Positions 62,635 to 64,000 of a stretch of 64,000 nucleotides of DNA are shown in pieces (position 1 is the stretch's first letter; every line of letters begins with the position of its first letter). Below the pieces are notes generated by a model. It made no database searches and was not told the origin of the DNA. It saw only the letters and a program-made list of their open reading frames with translations. A program made the position numbers and the translations under genes. The stretch comes from an uncultured bacterium (GTDB taxonomy: Bacteria; Pseudomonadota; Alphaproteobacteria; CAJXXZ01; 1604HC): NCBI GenBank assembly GCA_913063285.1, contig CAJXXZ010000003.1:2317-66316 (forward strand), read 5' to 3'.

Positions 62635-62764
62635 TTTTATATTGAAGGTTGAATTTTATTTTTATATTAATATATAATCTAGAGTAGATAAGCAATTGAT
62701 TTTTATATTATATATATTTGATTTATTTTATATTGAAAGTTGAATTTTATTTTATATTAATATA
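62635..62764. repeat. ~40-bp AT-rich direct repeat (2 copies)
   Basis: TTTATATTGAA(G/A)GTTGAATTTTATTTT(T)ATATTAATATAT at ~62635 and ~62726. Confidence 0.7.
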
Positions 62765-62841
62765 TCATACAGATTAAATTAATGACTAATTTTTTTGTTA
62801 TATATTTAAATTAATTTGAGATTGATTTTTATATTTATTAA

Positions 62842-62957
62842 AGCTGGCAACCCCTACTCTTGCGCGTACTATACGAACTACCATCGGTGCTGAAGGATTT
62901 TACGGTCGAGTTCGGAATGGAATCGAGTACTATGTCCTTCGCCGTCGTCACCAGCAG
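62842..62957 (-). rRNA. rrf: 5S ribosomal RNA (solitary)
   Basis: Reverse complement CTGCTGGTGAC...CCATTCCGAACTCG...CCGATGGTAGT...AAGAGTAGG..TTGCCAGC has the conserved loop C/loop E motifs and a terminal helix. Confidence 0.95.
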
Positions 62958-63636
62958 TTTTATTAAATCATACGTCAAAATCAATTGCAAGCCCTTTTTT
63001 TGAACTTTATAAATATTTTTGCAAAAAATATACTCAATTAAAATGAATTTTATAAAAATGTATATTTTGCTTTGTAAAATAACATCATAATACTATTTAA
63101 AGGTCAAAATATAAAATTTAAATATCTGAAAAATAAAGTCTATAATTTCAATTTTTGAAAATTTCTGTATCTTATGATGCAAATATGATTTTAAATAAAT
63201 TATTGAAAACAAATTTATTTAAAACTTATATGTAGAAAAATATTATTTACTATATTATTTTAGTTTCTTACTTTTACTGTAAAATGAATCATTTTAACTT
63301 TCTCAAAACTTTTTACCATATTAGAAGTCATTGATTTAAAGAAGTGATCAGCAAAAAAAATACACATAAATTATACATATAAAATATTTATTACTATAAT
63401 TTCTTTTTTTATTTAGTTATGCTTTAACTTTTTTTAAGCTAATCAATCTTTGATATAAAATCAACTGTTAATTTTGCTATATAATTTTAATTACTTATAC
63501 TAAATTTATTTTGTCTATTGAACCTTATTAGGGAACATTGAAGAAATAATTTATTTTAAAGTAAAATAAATTTTTTATACTTATATATTATGAGTTCTTA
63601 AATTTAGATATTATTTATAGAGTGAGTGTTTTTTCA

Positions 63637-64000
63637 TTAAGTTGTTTCAGGGAAAGAGAGACGATTCCAATGTTTTAAAAATTCTTCACTTTTATCAGGA
63701 TATGCTAATTTAAAGAGAGAATTAGCAAAAAGTGTGTCTAAAGCTTGTATATCAGGAATCTTGTCTATCGCAATTTGACCTTGTGCTTCATTGTGTGCTT
63801 TCTTATCTTTAAGATCTTCAATTAGTTTTGATAAATTGGTTAATACTCTATGTATACGATTTTGTTCACATATAATCAATTCATTTTGCTCTATTTCTTT
63901 TTGCATAGATTTAATTTTACTTTTGTTAGCTGCTCCTTCTTGAGTGAGACCAAAATATTTATATAATAAAGGCTTAACTGTGTCTTTATGAAGTCTCTGC
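63637..64000 (-). CDS. 3' end of a paralog of 60961-62241 (partial at window edge)
   Basis: Frame is open to the window end (QRLHKDTVKPLLYKYFGL...); ends GQIAIDKIPDIQALDTLF...WNRLSFPETT. Confidence 0.8.
   Translation of the reverse strand, partial: QRLHKDTVKPLLYKYFGLTQEGAANKSKIKSMQKEIEQNELIICEQNRIHRVLTNLSKLIEDLKDKKAHNEAQGQIAIDKIPDIQALDTLFANSLFKLAYPDKSEEFLKHWNRLSFPETT

Overview
Very AT-rich bacterial chromosome segment using the standard code 11. The TIGR02300/FYDLN protein, AI-2E-hda synteny, AddAB and a Methanosarcina-type SerC point to a reduced alphaproteobacterial endosymbiont (Holosporales/Rickettsiales-like; inference). Housekeeping genes include serC (3' end), mnhG/F-like, hda, smpB, mltG, rplY, era, hemW, pheT, mraZ, rsmH, rpmG, map, addB/addA and rpsD, plus four CCA-less tRNAs and a solitary 5S rRNA. 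The main feature is a ~26 kb island (14.9-40.9 kb) between the separated mraZ and rsmH genes. It holds a tandem array of signal-peptide proteins: seven share an unrecognised ~190-aa N-terminal domain and a ~70-aa helical module, then diverge into unrelated, repeat-rich C-termini. An eighth copy is decayed. Most members have a cloned-looking sigma70 promoter placed for (near-)leaderless translation, and many are eroding from the 3' end. Other points: an outer-membrane beta-barrel with a ~300-aa insert, MraZ boxes next to a DnaA-box cluster (possible oriC), and intergenic DNA that is demonstrably made of decayed copies of map, hda and the PLD gene. All calls were made by eye; no database searches were run.
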